Numbered from the stretch's first letter, positions 1 to 9,295 are shown. The stretch is DNA of 64,000 nt from Candidatus Iainarchaeum sp. (GCA_023129115.1 JAGMCR010000003.1:1-64000), one strand, 5' to 3'. A program made the numbers and translations. The notes: generated by a model not told the origin, from the letters alone.

Positions 1-606
1 GGCGAGGACAATTACTTGATTGCGACGAGCGAGCACCCGCTCGTGGCGATGTTCATGGGCGACGTTATTCCGGAAGAGGTATTGCCGCTGAAGCTCGCGG
101 GGATAAGCGTGAACTTCCGCCGCGAGATTGGCTCGCATGGCGTGGACACGCGTGGCCTGTTCCGGGTGCACCAGTTCAACAAGGTCGAGCAAGTCGTCTT
201 CTCGAAGCCGGGCGAGTCGTGGAACTGGCACGAGCGCTTGATTGGTAACGCGGAGGACTTGTTCCAGCAGCTCGAGCTGCCCTATAGAATAGTGAACGTC
301 TGCACTGGAGACATCGGGACCATGGCCGCGAAGAAGTACGACCTCGAGGTGTGGTCGCCGCGGCAGGGCAAGTACGCAGAGGCAGTGAGCTGCTCGAACT
401 GCACTGACTACCAGGCGAGGCGGCTCAACATCAAGTACGGCAAGCGCGGGGGGGAGACGCGGCTGGTGCACACCTTGAACAGCACGGCGATTGCGACGTC
501 GAGGGCGATGGTCGCGCTGATTGAGAACAATTACGCGGACGGCGTTGTCAAGCTGCCGAAGGCGATTAGGCCTTACATGAACGGAAGGGAAGCGATTGGC
601 GATTGA
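1..606 (+). CDS. serS: seryl-tRNA synthetase, C-terminal part (runs off left edge)
   Basis: Motifs LIATSEH, FRREIGSHG.DTRGLFRVHQFNKVEQ, KKYDLEVW, SCSNCTDYQARRLNI, HTLNSTA; frame open from base 1. Confidence 0.97.
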   Translation, partial: GEDNYLIATSEHPLVAMFMGDVIPEEVLPLKLAGISVNFRREIGSHGVDTRGLFRVHQFNKVEQVVFSKPGESWNWHERLIGNAEDLFQQLELPYRIVNVCTGDIGTMAAKKYDLEVWSPRQGKYAEAVSCSNCTDYQARRLNIKYGKRGGETRLVHTLNSTAIATSRAMVALIENNYADGVVKLPKAIRPYMNGREAIGD

Positions 607-1165
607 CTATAAGCCGCGCCTCAAGAAAAAGGGCCGCGTGAAACTGAAGCAGCGCCTCAAGCTTGTGGAAAAGGACTGGCCCAAGGACTACGACGTCACA
701 GGACACGATCTGTGGATTCCTGGGATTACGATTAAGCGGTACGACGTACGCTTCCAGTGGACAAACGGAAAAAAAGAAAACGTGACAGCGGTCCCGCCCA
801 TAACCGTGCTTGTTGGGACTGCCAAGGACTTCAACGAGGGTTTGGGGACGCGGGGGGAAAGGAAATTAATTGAGTCGGCTTCCCTGAAATGGAACCAGAA
901 AGTCGCTTTCATTGACGAGTTTTTTCATGAGCCAGTCCTCCCAAAGAAGATGATGGGGCTTGGCGTTGGAAGCGGGGCCATGGATTTGTTGCTAAAAAAA
1001 TTGCACAAAGAGAATGTTCGTCTTGTCGTTATTAACCCGACGCTCCGCAGCAACCAAATAATCAAGGACAGGGGCTTCAGCCAAACGCCTGGCGACTTCA
1101 GGTACCGCATACTCAATCACAAAGGGCTGCTTGAGCAGATAAAGCGGATTGAGGAAGAGGATTAG
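596..1165 (+). CDS. hypothetical protein, possible GNAT-fold acetyltransferase
   Basis: C-terminal GLGVGSGAMDLLLKKL...RGF resembles GNAT motif A and the terminal GF; overlaps the serS stop. Confidence 0.5.
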   Translation: MAIDYKPRLKKKGRVKLKQRLKLVEKDWPKDYDVTGHDLWIPGITIKRYDVRFQWTNGKKENVTAVPPITVLVGTAKDFNEGLGTRGERKLIESASLKWNQKVAFIDEFFHEPVLPKKMMGLGVGSGAMDLLLKKLHKENVRLVVINPTLRSNQIIKDRGFSQTPGDFRYRILNHKGLLEQIKRIEEED

Positions 1166-1416
1166 ACAGCCACAACGTCAAAGCCACTTGCCAACGGAAT
1201 GTCTGAACTGATGCGGGGCTGGGGCTCAGGCCAAGCATGTGGGCATATAACCCAAAAAACCCCAATTGGTCAATTTGCTATTCTGTAGCAATACGAGGTG
1301 AAGAACAAATACAAAGGTGAATGAAAACTATTGGGACATCAAACCCAAAAAACAAGAAAAAATACCTGAAATGGAGGAGCACTAATAAAAACAGAAGCCG
1401 TTAAAAATTTGTGTGT

Positions 1417-1525
1417 GGGCCCGTAGCTCAGTCTGGCTAGAGCACTAGATCTGGTGGGGATTCTGTCCCCGCCGGAGGTGAAGCTTTTAACCTAGGTGTC
1501 GGGGGTTCGAATCCCCTCGGGCCCG
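1417..1525 (+). tRNA. tRNA-Lys(TTT) with 34-nt intron (1449-1482) at position 30/31
   Basis: GGGCCCG/CGGGCCC acceptor stem, GTTCGAATC T-loop; removing 1449-1482 restores CTAGG-CTTTTAA-CCTAG; BHB motif present. Confidence 0.93.
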
Positions 1526-1538
1526 CTCCGGTGATAAA

Positions 1539-3089
1539 ATGCATTGGGCGGACCAATACGCGGAACAAATAGTGAAGAAAAGCCCTGGCAAGGGCGAGTA
1601 TGTCGTAGAGTCAGGCATAACCCCCAGCGGCATAGTCCACGCAGGGAACTTCCGGGAGGTCATGAGCCAGGAATTCGTGTACAAGGCCCTGCTGAAGAAA
1701 GGCGTGAAGGCGAGGTACCAGTACGTCTGGGACGACTTCGACCGCTTCCGCAAGGTCCCTAAGGGCATCAGCGCGGAGTGGGGGCAGTACATCGGCATGC
1801 CCGTGTCAAAGACGCCGGACCCGTGGGGGTGCCACGAAAGCTATTCAGAGCACTTCGCGTCAAAGCTCGTCGAGGAAAACGAGAAGTGCGGCGTGCACGC
1901 CAGCTACGTAAAGATGAGCGAGCAGTACGGCAAGTGCGAGTTCGCTGAAGAGATGAAGACCGCGCTCGAGAAAAAAGGCGTGATAAAAGGCATTTTGGAC
2001 GACTACCGCAAGGAGCCGTACCCAGAGGACTGGATGCCGGTGCGGGTGTACTGCAAGAAGTGCTGGAAGGACACTACAACGGTTGAATACCTGGGCGATT
2101 ACAGCCTGAAGTACACGTGCGAGTGCGGAGGCAGCGGGGAGTTCGACTTCCGCGAGAAGGGCCTGGCAAAAATGCCGTGGCGCGTGTGCTGGGCGCAGCG
2201 GTGGAAGCACTACGGCGTTGACTTCGAGAGCAGCGGCAAGGACCACCACGCGGCTGGCGGCAGCTGGGACACCGGCACGAGGATAAGCCTCGAGGTGTTC
2301 GGCCACGACCCGCCCATCGGGCCGATGTACGAGTTCATCTACGCCAAGGGGCAAAAGGAAAAAATGAGCTCGTCCGAGGGAAACGTGTTCACTGTCAGCG
2401 ACCTGCTCGAAGTGTATGAGCCGGAAATCGTTAGGTACATCTACACAGCCAAGATCAACCACGCGATTGAAGTCCCGTTTGACATGGGCGTCCTGAATTA
2501 CTACAGCTATTACGACAAGGTCGAGCGCGTCTACTTCGGCAAGGAAAAAGTGGACACCGAGCGCGAGAAGGAAAACGCGGAAGCAATTTACGGGCTCAGC
2601 CAAATTGGCAGCCCGGTGGAGCGGGTGCAGCCACCGTTCGGGTTCTGCGCGAGCATCACGCAAATCGCGGGTGACTTGGGGCAGGCAATCGGCATAATGC
2701 AGAGGACTGGCCACTTGCCGAAGGCGCTTACCCCGGAAGACCAGGCGAGGGTTGAGCTGCGGCTCAAGCTCGCGAAGAGCTGGGTCGAGAAGTACGCGCC
2801 CGAGGAAGTCAAGGTCAATGTGCTCGAGGAAATGCCGGCTGTTGAGCTGAGCGACAGGCAGAAGAAGGCGCTCGCGATGGTTGCTGCAGAAGTGGAGAAT
2901 GCAAAGTCAGCGGACGGGCTTGCGGAAAGAATAAAAGCAGTGACAGAGGAACTTGGCATGCAGCCAAAGGAATTATTCGAGGCGGGGTACTTGGTCTTGC
3001 TGGGGAAGAAGCGCGGCCCACGGCTCGCGCCGTTCCTGCTCTCGCTCGACAAAGAGTTCGTCGCAAAGCGGCTGAGGCTGGAGGGATGA
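1539..3089 (+). CDS. lysS: class I lysyl-tRNA synthetase
   Basis: SGITPSGIVHAGN (HIGH-like), KMSSS, GKDH, CxxC, C-terminal GPRLAPFL. Confidence 0.97.
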   Translation: MHWADQYAEQIVKKSPGKGEYVVESGITPSGIVHAGNFREVMSQEFVYKALLKKGVKARYQYVWDDFDRFRKVPKGISAEWGQYIGMPVSKTPDPWGCHESYSEHFASKLVEENEKCGVHASYVKMSEQYGKCEFAEEMKTALEKKGVIKGILDDYRKEPYPEDWMPVRVYCKKCWKDTTTVEYLGDYSLKYTCECGGSGEFDFREKGLAKMPWRVCWAQRWKHYGVDFESSGKDHHAAGGSWDTGTRISLEVFGHDPPIGPMYEFIYAKGQKEKMSSSEGNVFTVSDLLEVYEPEIVRYIYTAKINHAIEVPFDMGVLNYYSYYDKVERVYFGKEKVDTEREKENAEAIYGLSQIGSPVERVQPPFGFCASITQIAGDLGQAIGIMQRTGHLPKALTPEDQARVELRLKLAKSWVEKYAPEEVKVNVLEEMPAVELSDRQKKALAMVAAEVENAKSADGLAERIKAVTEELGMQPKELFEAGYLVLLGKKRGPRLAPFLLSLDKEFVAKRLRLEG

Positions 3090-4093
3090 AGATGGACGTC
3101 AAGGAAATACTGGAGAGGCGCAAGGCCCCTGTAATGGAAAAAGTGCTGGAGTTCATCGGCGACGGCGAGCCCGCTTTCCTGTACGAGATGATGCGCGACT
3201 ACCCGCAGCGGCCAGCCAAGGGATTGCGGCCGGCGCTCGTAATGATTGCCACCGAGGCCTATGGGCGGGACACGTCGCAGTCAATAATCACTGCCGCGGG
3301 ACTGGAGCTGTTCCAGAACTGGGTCTTGATTCATGACGACATCGAGGACGAGAGCGACGAGCGCAGGGGCAAGCCGTGCCTGCACCATTTGCACGGGATT
3401 CCGCTCGCGATTAACGCGGGGGACGCATTGCACATAAAGATGTGGGAGGCGCTTGACCGGAACAGCGAAATCATGGGCGACGAGAAGGACAAGGCCATCA
3501 AGGCAAAGATGGCCGAGATGGTGACCCGCGTCGTCGAGGGCCAGACCATGGAGCTCTCGTGGGTGCACAACAAGGAGTGGGACGTTTCGGAAGAGGACTA
3601 TTACACCATGATTTACAAGAAGACCGCGTGGTACACCACAATTGCGCCCATCCAGTTCGGCGCATTGATTGCGGGCGCGGGGAACCTGCAGGCAATCCAT
3701 GACTTCGGGGACGCGCTCGGCAGGGCCTTCCAGCTGCAGGACGACATACTGAACCTGACGGCGGGCAAGAAGTACGGCAAGGAAATCGCGGGCGACATCT
3801 ACGAGGGCAAGAGGACGCTTATTCTGATTCACTTGATGAAGAGCTGCACAAAAGCCGAAAAGAAAAAAGTCGTGGCGATAATGAACAAGGACCGCGCCGA
3901 CAAGACAAAAAAGGAAGTGGAGTACGTGCTCGGGCTGATGAAGGAGCGCGGCAGCATCGACTACGCGATTGGCGCGGCAAAGGGCTACGCCGACACGGCC
4001 ACGAAATTGTTCCCCACGCTCAAGCTGCAGGACGGGCCGGCAGCGCAGGAGCTGAAGGCGCTGGTTGATTATATTGTCGAGAGGGAATTCTAG
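3086..4093 (+). CDS. idsA: polyprenyl (geranylgeranyl) diphosphate synthase
   Basis: LIHDDIED..RRGKP (FARM), AINAGD, KKTA, FQLQDDILN (SARM), GDIYEGKRT. Confidence 0.92.
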   Translation: MKMDVKEILERRKAPVMEKVLEFIGDGEPAFLYEMMRDYPQRPAKGLRPALVMIATEAYGRDTSQSIITAAGLELFQNWVLIHDDIEDESDERRGKPCLHHLHGIPLAINAGDALHIKMWEALDRNSEIMGDEKDKAIKAKMAEMVTRVVEGQTMELSWVHNKEWDVSEEDYYTMIYKKTAWYTTIAPIQFGALIAGAGNLQAIHDFGDALGRAFQLQDDILNLTAGKKYGKEIAGDIYEGKRTLILIHLMKSCTKAEKKKVVAIMNKDRADKTKKEVEYVLGLMKERGSIDYAIGAAKGYADTATKLFPTLKLQDGPAAQELKALVDYIVEREF

Positions 4094-4112
4094 AGTCAAA
4101 GATGAATGTCTC

Positions 4113-4138
4113 TGGGTGGCACCAATTGGTGCCACCCA
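4113..4138. repeat. perfect 26-bp palindrome TGGGTGGCACCAATTGGTGCCACCCA
   Basis: Read directly; lies between convergent idsA and a KaiC-like gene; possible bidirectional terminator or binding site. Confidence 0.85.
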
Positions 4139-4197
4139 AGCCTAACGTGCTGTACCGTGAATCCCAACGGATTTGCGGTTGTTCTGAGTTTCAGGCG

Positions 4198-4947
4198 CTA
4201 GACACTGAACGCTTCTTCCGGGTTCACTAGCTTGATGCCGGTCGTGCTTATCTGGAGTGGGATTATGTCCTCGACGTGCTTGGTGCCGCGCATCTTGCGG
4301 ATGTAAAGGGTGCGGTTCGTGTCAGTGCCCATGCCAATGTAGTGCAGGAGGATGACCGAGTCGGCAACGTATTCCTCGACGCCGTACTTCGAGAATTTCA
4401 TTGGCCCCGCGCCCATGGTCTGCTCCGGTATTTCAGAGATGAGGACCGCTGTCAAGTCGCTCTTGCGAATCATGTACGTGAGCTTCAGAATCATGTTCCG
4501 GACTTCCATCTCGTCCTTCATCCTGATGCCCAGGGCCGGCACCGAGTCGATTACGAGCCGGCGCGCGCCGATTTCTCCCGCGGTCTGCATAATCTTTAGC
4601 ACGAGGCGGTCGATGTCCATGGCAGAGCTCATGGAATACTTTTCCTCGCTCTGGACGCCGGTCTTGGTGCCGGTCAGGTCGAGGATGACTAGCTTGCCCT
4701 CGTCCTCGAGCTTTTTGATGTCCCACCCGAACCGAAGCATGTCCTGCCTCGTCAATTCGGGCCGCTCGTCAACAGTGACGTAGAGCCCGGGCTCGCCGTG
4801 GAGGGCAGCGCCCTGGTAAAGGAACTGCATCCCGAAGATTGACTTGCCTGTGCCGCAGCCGCCGCTCAAAAGCACGGTCCTGCCGCGCGGGAAGCCCCCC
4901 TCAATCATGTTGTCGAGGCCTTCAATGCCTGTTGGTACACGCTCCAT
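4198..4947 (-). CDS. single-domain KaiC-like RecA-superfamily ATPase (KaiC-1)
   Basis: RVPTGIEGLD, Walker A GGCGTGKS, RLVIDS, GVEEYVAD, IRKMRGT. Confidence 0.93.
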   Translation of the reverse strand: MERVPTGIEGLDNMIEGGFPRGRTVLLSGGCGTGKSIFGMQFLYQGAALHGEPGLYVTVDERPELTRQDMLRFGWDIKKLEDEGKLVILDLTGTKTGVQSEEKYSMSSAMDIDRLVLKIMQTAGEIGARRLVIDSVPALGIRMKDEMEVRNMILKLTYMIRKSDLTAVLISEIPEQTMGAGPMKFSKYGVEEYVADSVILLHYIGMGTDTNRTLYIRKMRGTKHVEDIIPLQISTTGIKLVNPEEAFSV

Positions 4948-4993
4948 GTTCTCACCGATTCAACTACTTCGTTGCACATTAAAATACTTTACT

Positions 4994-5347
4994 TTAACTG
5001 AGGCTGGCGACCGCGCCGACAAGCTCTTCCGAAGAAAATGGCTTCTGTAGGAAGACAAGGCCGGGCGTTATCTTCTTCAGGTCTGCCTCGACGCCGACCT
5101 CGCGCGACACCGCCGTCACGACAACCACTGGCTTGTCGATGCCCCTCTTCTTCATTTCCTTGAGGACGGCGTCGCCGTGGAGCCGCGGCAGTATTATGTC
5201 CAGCACCACGAGGTCCGCGCGCCCAAGCCTGTCGAGGGCTTCCTTGCCGTCCTTCGCCACGTCAACGGTGTGGCCCGCTTTCTCGAGCACCATTTTCATG
5301 GACTTGGCCTCGTCCGGCTCGTCCTCAACCAGTAAAATCCTGCTCAT
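4994..5347 (-). CDS. stand-alone response regulator (REC only)
   Basis: ILLVEDE, DLVVLDIILP, VVTA, QKPF. Confidence 0.93.
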   Translation of the reverse strand: MSRILLVEDEPDEAKSMKMVLEKAGHTVDVAKDGKEALDRLGRADLVVLDIILPRLHGDAVLKEMKKRGIDKPVVVVTAVSREVGVEADLKKITPGLVFLQKPFSSEELVGAVASLS

Positions 5348-6297
5348 TTCTTTTTCCTCACAGCCGGCAGGGTGAAAAAGGCCGTGGTGCCCTTCCCCCT
5401 CTGGCTCTCAATCCAAATCTTGCCCCCGTGCTCCTCAATCACTTTCTTGCTGGCCCACAGGCCAACGCCGGAGCCGGGGACGTGTGTCTCCAGCTTGATG
5501 AACTTGTCGAATATTTTGGAGAGGTCTTTCTTCCTGATGCCCCTCCCAGTGTCCTTAATGCTTACGAGGATATAATCCTTTTGCTTTTTCGCGGAAATGC
5601 GGACATAGCCCTTGTCCGTGAACTTGACGGCGTTTCCCACGAGGTTCGTAATTGCGCGGGTGAGCCACCTCTTGTCCCCCCGCACGTAAAAGCCCTTTGG
5701 CACCTCGGCCTTGAGGGCAATCCCCTTGACCTTGGCCTTCGGCCTCTCGCCGTCGGCAATCTCGAGAATCAGGGCGCGCAGGTCCACCCGCTTGTTCTCT
5801 ACCACTGCCTTGCCCGCCTCAATGACCGAAAAGTCCAGGATTGCGTCGACCGTGGCCTGCAGCCGCCGGATGTTCCGGTACAGCATCTCAAGAATTTCCT
5901 TTTTCTTGGCCGGGTTTTTCTCCTTCTCCAGCAGGTCGAAGCCCAGCCCAAGTGTTGTGAGGGGTGTCCTCAGCTCGTGCGACACGTTCGTCACGAAGTC
6001 CGACTTCATCTCGTCCAGGTCCTTCAGCCGCTCATAAGAGTCGGTCAAGTCGTCCATCGCGTGCAGGAGCGCTTCCTTTGTCTTCTCGAGCTCTTTTGCG
6101 TGCGCGGAGTCCTCTGCCTCCTTTTTCCTGAGCCTCTGCAGCGCCTTCCTCAGTACGCGCTCGTGGGCCCGGGCCTCGTCCTCCACCCTCCTCTGCCAGA
6201 GGTTGACGACTATCAGGGCAAGGATTAGGGAAAACACTACCACGAAAGTCAGCACGAGCCCTGTTGCCTGTACCTCCAAGAGAACCACGAGCCCCAT
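5344..6297 (-). CDS. histidine kinase with one N-terminal TM helix and no sensor domain
   Basis: H-box SHELRTPL, N-box NLVGNAVKFT, G1 DTGRGI, F-box IFDKF, G2 GSGVGL. Confidence 0.93.
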   Translation of the reverse strand: MGLVVLLEVQATGLVLTFVVVFSLILALIVVNLWQRRVEDEARAHERVLRKALQRLRKKEAEDSAHAKELEKTKEALLHAMDDLTDSYERLKDLDEMKSDFVTNVSHELRTPLTTLGLGFDLLEKEKNPAKKKEILEMLYRNIRRLQATVDAILDFSVIEAGKAVVENKRVDLRALILEIADGERPKAKVKGIALKAEVPKGFYVRGDKRWLTRAITNLVGNAVKFTDKGYVRISAKKQKDYILVSIKDTGRGIRKKDLSKIFDKFIKLETHVPGSGVGLWASKKVIEEHGGKIWIESQRGKGTTAFFTLPAVRKKK

Positions 6298-6320
6298 AAG
6301 GCACTATGCGCTTATAAGGA

Positions 6321-7031
6321 TTACGCGAAGAAGTCCGACACTTTTATCTCGACGCCAGCCGCCCCAAGCGAGAACGGAATCCACTTGAGTGGGTGCACTG
6401 TGTTGAACATCCTCTTCACATAGATGCCGCGCTTGTTCCCCTCGAGCCTGAAGTGGATTGTCCCGTCGCAGATGTAGCTGATGGTCGCCACGTGCCTCGG
6501 CTCGTGCAGGCCCTCCTCGAGGACCACGACCGCCGCGGCCTGCGAGCCCTTCACCATCCCCACAAAAAGCTGGAGGAACTTGAACACGCTCGGCGACTCT
6601 GCGTAGAGCAGCATATCAGAAATAGAGTCAATCACGATTCGCGCCCCGCCGCCAAAGCCGCTAATCTCTTTCTTCAGCAGCCGCGTCAGCTCGTTCAGCT
6701 CGGTCAGCGACTGCATCACGTGCACGTTGGCCGGCTGCTCTGGAATCTCGCCGGAAACCCGCCATGAGTACCCGTCGATGAAGCAAATTTTGTCCAGGTC
6801 CTTCACGCCGAGCGCCTCGAGCCCGGCAATGGTTTGGGCCACAGGCTCCGACGTCACGACGTAGACACACCGCTGGTTTTCCAGCATGCCCTCTTTCGCG
6901 AACTGCCTGCAAAAAGTTGTCTTGCCAGTCCCGGGCGGAGCCTCAAGAAGAACCGTCGACTTTGCGGGGAACCCGCCGGCAAGGACGTCGTCGAGCCCGG
7001 GAATGCCTGTCCTTATCTTCATTTCAACCAC
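6321..7031 (-). CDS. KaiC-like ATPase (KaiC-2)
   Basis: TGIPGLD, Walker A APPGTGKT, FIDGYSW, RIVIDS, SYICDG. Confidence 0.9.
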   Translation of the reverse strand: MVEMKIRTGIPGLDDVLAGGFPAKSTVLLEAPPGTGKTTFCRQFAKEGMLENQRCVYVVTSEPVAQTIAGLEALGVKDLDKICFIDGYSWRVSGEIPEQPANVHVMQSLTELNELTRLLKKEISGFGGGARIVIDSISDMLLYAESPSVFKFLQLFVGMVKGSQAAAVVVLEEGLHEPRHVATISYICDGTIHFRLEGNKRGIYVKRMFNTVHPLKWIPFSLGAAGVEIKVSDFFA

Positions 7032-7087
7032 AAAGCATTCCTCCTAGGGCGGGGCATTGTTATTGACTAGGTGCAGGGCATTATTAA

Positions 7088-7873
7088 TTATTTTGGGTAA
7101 ACCACTGCCCTGAACTGGCAATAGTCGTCCCCCCGACCCCAGCAGTTCTCTTCCTTGACGTCGACGTTCTCTAGCTCGTAAAACGCGACGTACGCGCCCC
7201 GCAAAAGCCCGCGCACGAAGTGGCAGTAGGCCGCGTTGATGACTGGCATCCCCGCCGCGAACGCGCTCTCCTCGAGCCGCAGAATCTGCGCGGGGTAAGT
7301 GCTCTTCTCAACTTTTTCCTCCTTGAACGACGCGACGCCGACCCCGGAGTCGGCCATGAACAAGACGAGTGACTTGTTGAGGCTCTTGACGTCCTTCGGC
7401 TGCGTCTGCTTGACAATCCTCCGCCCGGCGTTCTCGCCGGCCTGGACCTCGTTGCGCTCCAGCTGGAACTGCTGCGCCACCTCGTAGGGCGCGTAGGCCA
7501 CCTCCCTGAGCAGGTCAACGCTCACTCCTTTGAAGCTCGGGCGCACGCCCTCCGGCGCGAGGTAGTCGAACGGCATTACCTGCCCGGCCGACATCACGGC
7601 CTGCTCGTCAATGCTGTAGCCCGCCTTCTTTATGCTGGCGATGATTTCCATTATCTTCACGCTCGACGCCACAAGCGCGGCCTGGAGCTTGTCCAGTTCC
7701 TGGCCCGGCGCGAACGCCCTCATCTCGCCATTCGCGAAGACCTGCACCACCACGTCGCCAAGCCTGGCCTCCATTAGCCCGAGCTTGCCGACCTGCTTGA
7801 GGGACTCTACCTTCGCCAGCTTCTTCATGTCCAGCTTTACGCCAAGGTTGTACTGGTAGCAGGCGGTCTTCAG
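7088..7873 (-). CDS. V4R-domain protein with N-terminal TBP-like repeat; probable CTG start at 7873 (ORF track starts at 7828)
   Basis: C-terminal YCHFVRGLLRGA..VKEENCWGRGDDYCQF (V4R); the in-frame 15-codon extension aligns with the paralog at 34950-35720. Confidence 0.8.
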   Translation of the reverse strand: MKTACYQYNLGVKLDMKKLAKVESLKQVGKLGLMEARLGDVVVQVFANGEMRAFAPGQELDKLQAALVASSVKIMEIIASIKKAGYSIDEQAVMSAGQVMPFDYLAPEGVRPSFKGVSVDLLREVAYAPYEVAQQFQLERNEVQAGENAGRRIVKQTQPKDVKSLNKSLVLFMADSGVGVASFKEEKVEKSTYPAQILRLEESAFAAGMPVINAAYCHFVRGLLRGAYVAFYELENVDVKEENCWGRGDDYCQFRAVVYPK

Positions 7874-8550
7874 ATTATCTCCTCCCGGTAGACAACAATT
7901 CCGGACTTGGTTATTTTGAAGGGGTACATTGCGTTCGAGTGCCGGACGCCACGCATCTTCACGACTTCCAATGCACGGCGGCGCTCGTTCTTGATTGGGA
8001 TGTTGTAGAGCGAAATGACGCCGTCAACCATGAACTCCTCAAGCGAGTATTCCGCGCCCTCGCGCGTTGCATAAGGCGCTTCCGCGGTGAAGAGGACCGT
8101 GCAGTCAAGGCCCTCCAGAAACCCAATCAGGCCAACTATGTTGCGCCTGAACTCAAACGGGTCCTCGGTGTTCATCTTCAGCAGTGTGAGGGTGTCGATT
8201 ACCACGCGATTCACGTTGTGGCGCGTGACGTAGGCCTGGAGCGTGTCGCTCAAGCGCTCCCAGTTGAAGCAGTCTACCGACACCAGGACTATGCTGCCGT
8301 TGTCAACCTGCTCCTGCAGCTTCCAGTCAAGGCCCTGGGACATGTTCTCGATTAGCTTCTCCGGCTTTTCCTCGAGCAGGACCATGAGGCCCTTGTCGCC
8401 AAGCAGCGCCCCGCGGTAAAGGAACTCCAGCCCGAAAGTCGTTTTTCCTGTCCCGGGCCCGCCGACGACCATCACGTGCCTCTTCTTGAGGAAGCCGCCG
8501 CCGAGCATCTCGTCAAGGCCCTCTATCCCAGTGGGGACTCTATCAACCAT
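7870..8550 (-). CDS. KaiC-like ATPase (KaiC-3)
   Basis: RVPTGIEGLD, GGPGTGKT, LLEE, RVVIDT, LEEFMVDG, VKMRG. Confidence 0.92.
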   Translation of the reverse strand: MVDRVPTGIEGLDEMLGGGFLKKRHVMVVGGPGTGKTTFGLEFLYRGALLGDKGLMVLLEEKPEKLIENMSQGLDWKLQEQVDNGSIVLVSVDCFNWERLSDTLQAYVTRHNVNRVVIDTLTLLKMNTEDPFEFRRNIVGLIGFLEGLDCTVLFTAEAPYATREGAEYSLEEFMVDGVISLYNIPIKNERRRALEVVKMRGVRHSNAMYPFKITKSGIVVYREEII

Positions 8551-8591
8551 TATACCACCAAGGGAGGTAACTCCCACTACCTATAAAAGGA

Positions 8592-9227
8592 TTACTTCGC
8601 CCTCAAGCGGAAGCCGCCGTCGCTGATTTCGTAGAAAAAGTCTTTTGCCGGAGTGGAGGTGCCCCGCATCTTGAGGATGCGCATGCCCTTCGCGGGGTCG
8701 AGGTGGATGACGCCGTCGCACAGCGAGCGGAAAGTGTTCTCTGCGTCGCTGTGGTAGGTCCCGAGGTCCAGCGTGAACAGGATGATTGACTGCTTGGCCT
8801 TTGTTATTGCGATTACTTGCTGCATGAAGCGCTCGATTTCCTCTTCGGCGCTGTAGAGCACGAGCGGCGTGAGCGAGTCGAACAGCACAATGGAGCCCTC
8901 CTCCAGGGCGTCCTCGATAAGGAAAGTGATTTTGCTCAGGTTGGCGAGCGAGTCGACCGCGGCCTTTCCGCCGCTGAGCCACGAGTAGCAGTCGATGAAC
9001 ACTGCCTCGAAATTGCTCTTGCCGCCGGACATTCCCGTCGTTATCTCGTCCGGCGTGTTGTTCGTCAGCACGACGACGCGCTTCACTTTTTCGGTGGTGC
9101 CCATCAGCGAAAGCGAGAAAGCTGTCTTGCCTGCGCCCGGCGCGCCCTGGACCAGCACGGCAGACGGCGAGGGCAAGCCTGGAACGATTTTGTTGAATTC
9201 CTTGAGTCCTGTCTTGAACGGGGGCAT
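8592..9227 (-). CDS. KaiC-like ATPase (KaiC-4), lacking the catalytic Glu
   Basis: GAPGAGKT, TNNTP in place of the EE motif, FIDCYSW, LFDSL, KMRGT. Confidence 0.85.
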   Translation of the reverse strand: MPPFKTGLKEFNKIVPGLPSPSAVLVQGAPGAGKTAFSLSLMGTTEKVKRVVVLTNNTPDEITTGMSGGKSNFEAVFIDCYSWLSGGKAAVDSLANLSKITFLIEDALEEGSIVLFDSLTPLVLYSAEEEIERFMQQVIAITKAKQSIILFTLDLGTYHSDAENTFRSLCDGVIHLDPAKGMRILKMRGTSTPAKDFFYEISDGGFRLRAK

Positions 9228-9295
9228 CCTGTATCACTCGCGGCGCTTTTCCGCCAACGCTTATACTTATATATTATATACCCTTTTATTGAGTC

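Noticed and set aside
1166-1416. AT-rich spacer with short ORFs, a CCAATTGG core and a faint echo of the serS end (KPLANG versus RPYMNG)
   Set aside because: No extended palindrome arms, all frames are short, and the similarity is too weak to call a remnant
4198-9227. Circadian clock interpretation of the KaiC genes
   Set aside because: All are single-domain, no kaiA or kaiB is present, and none has the full S-T pair
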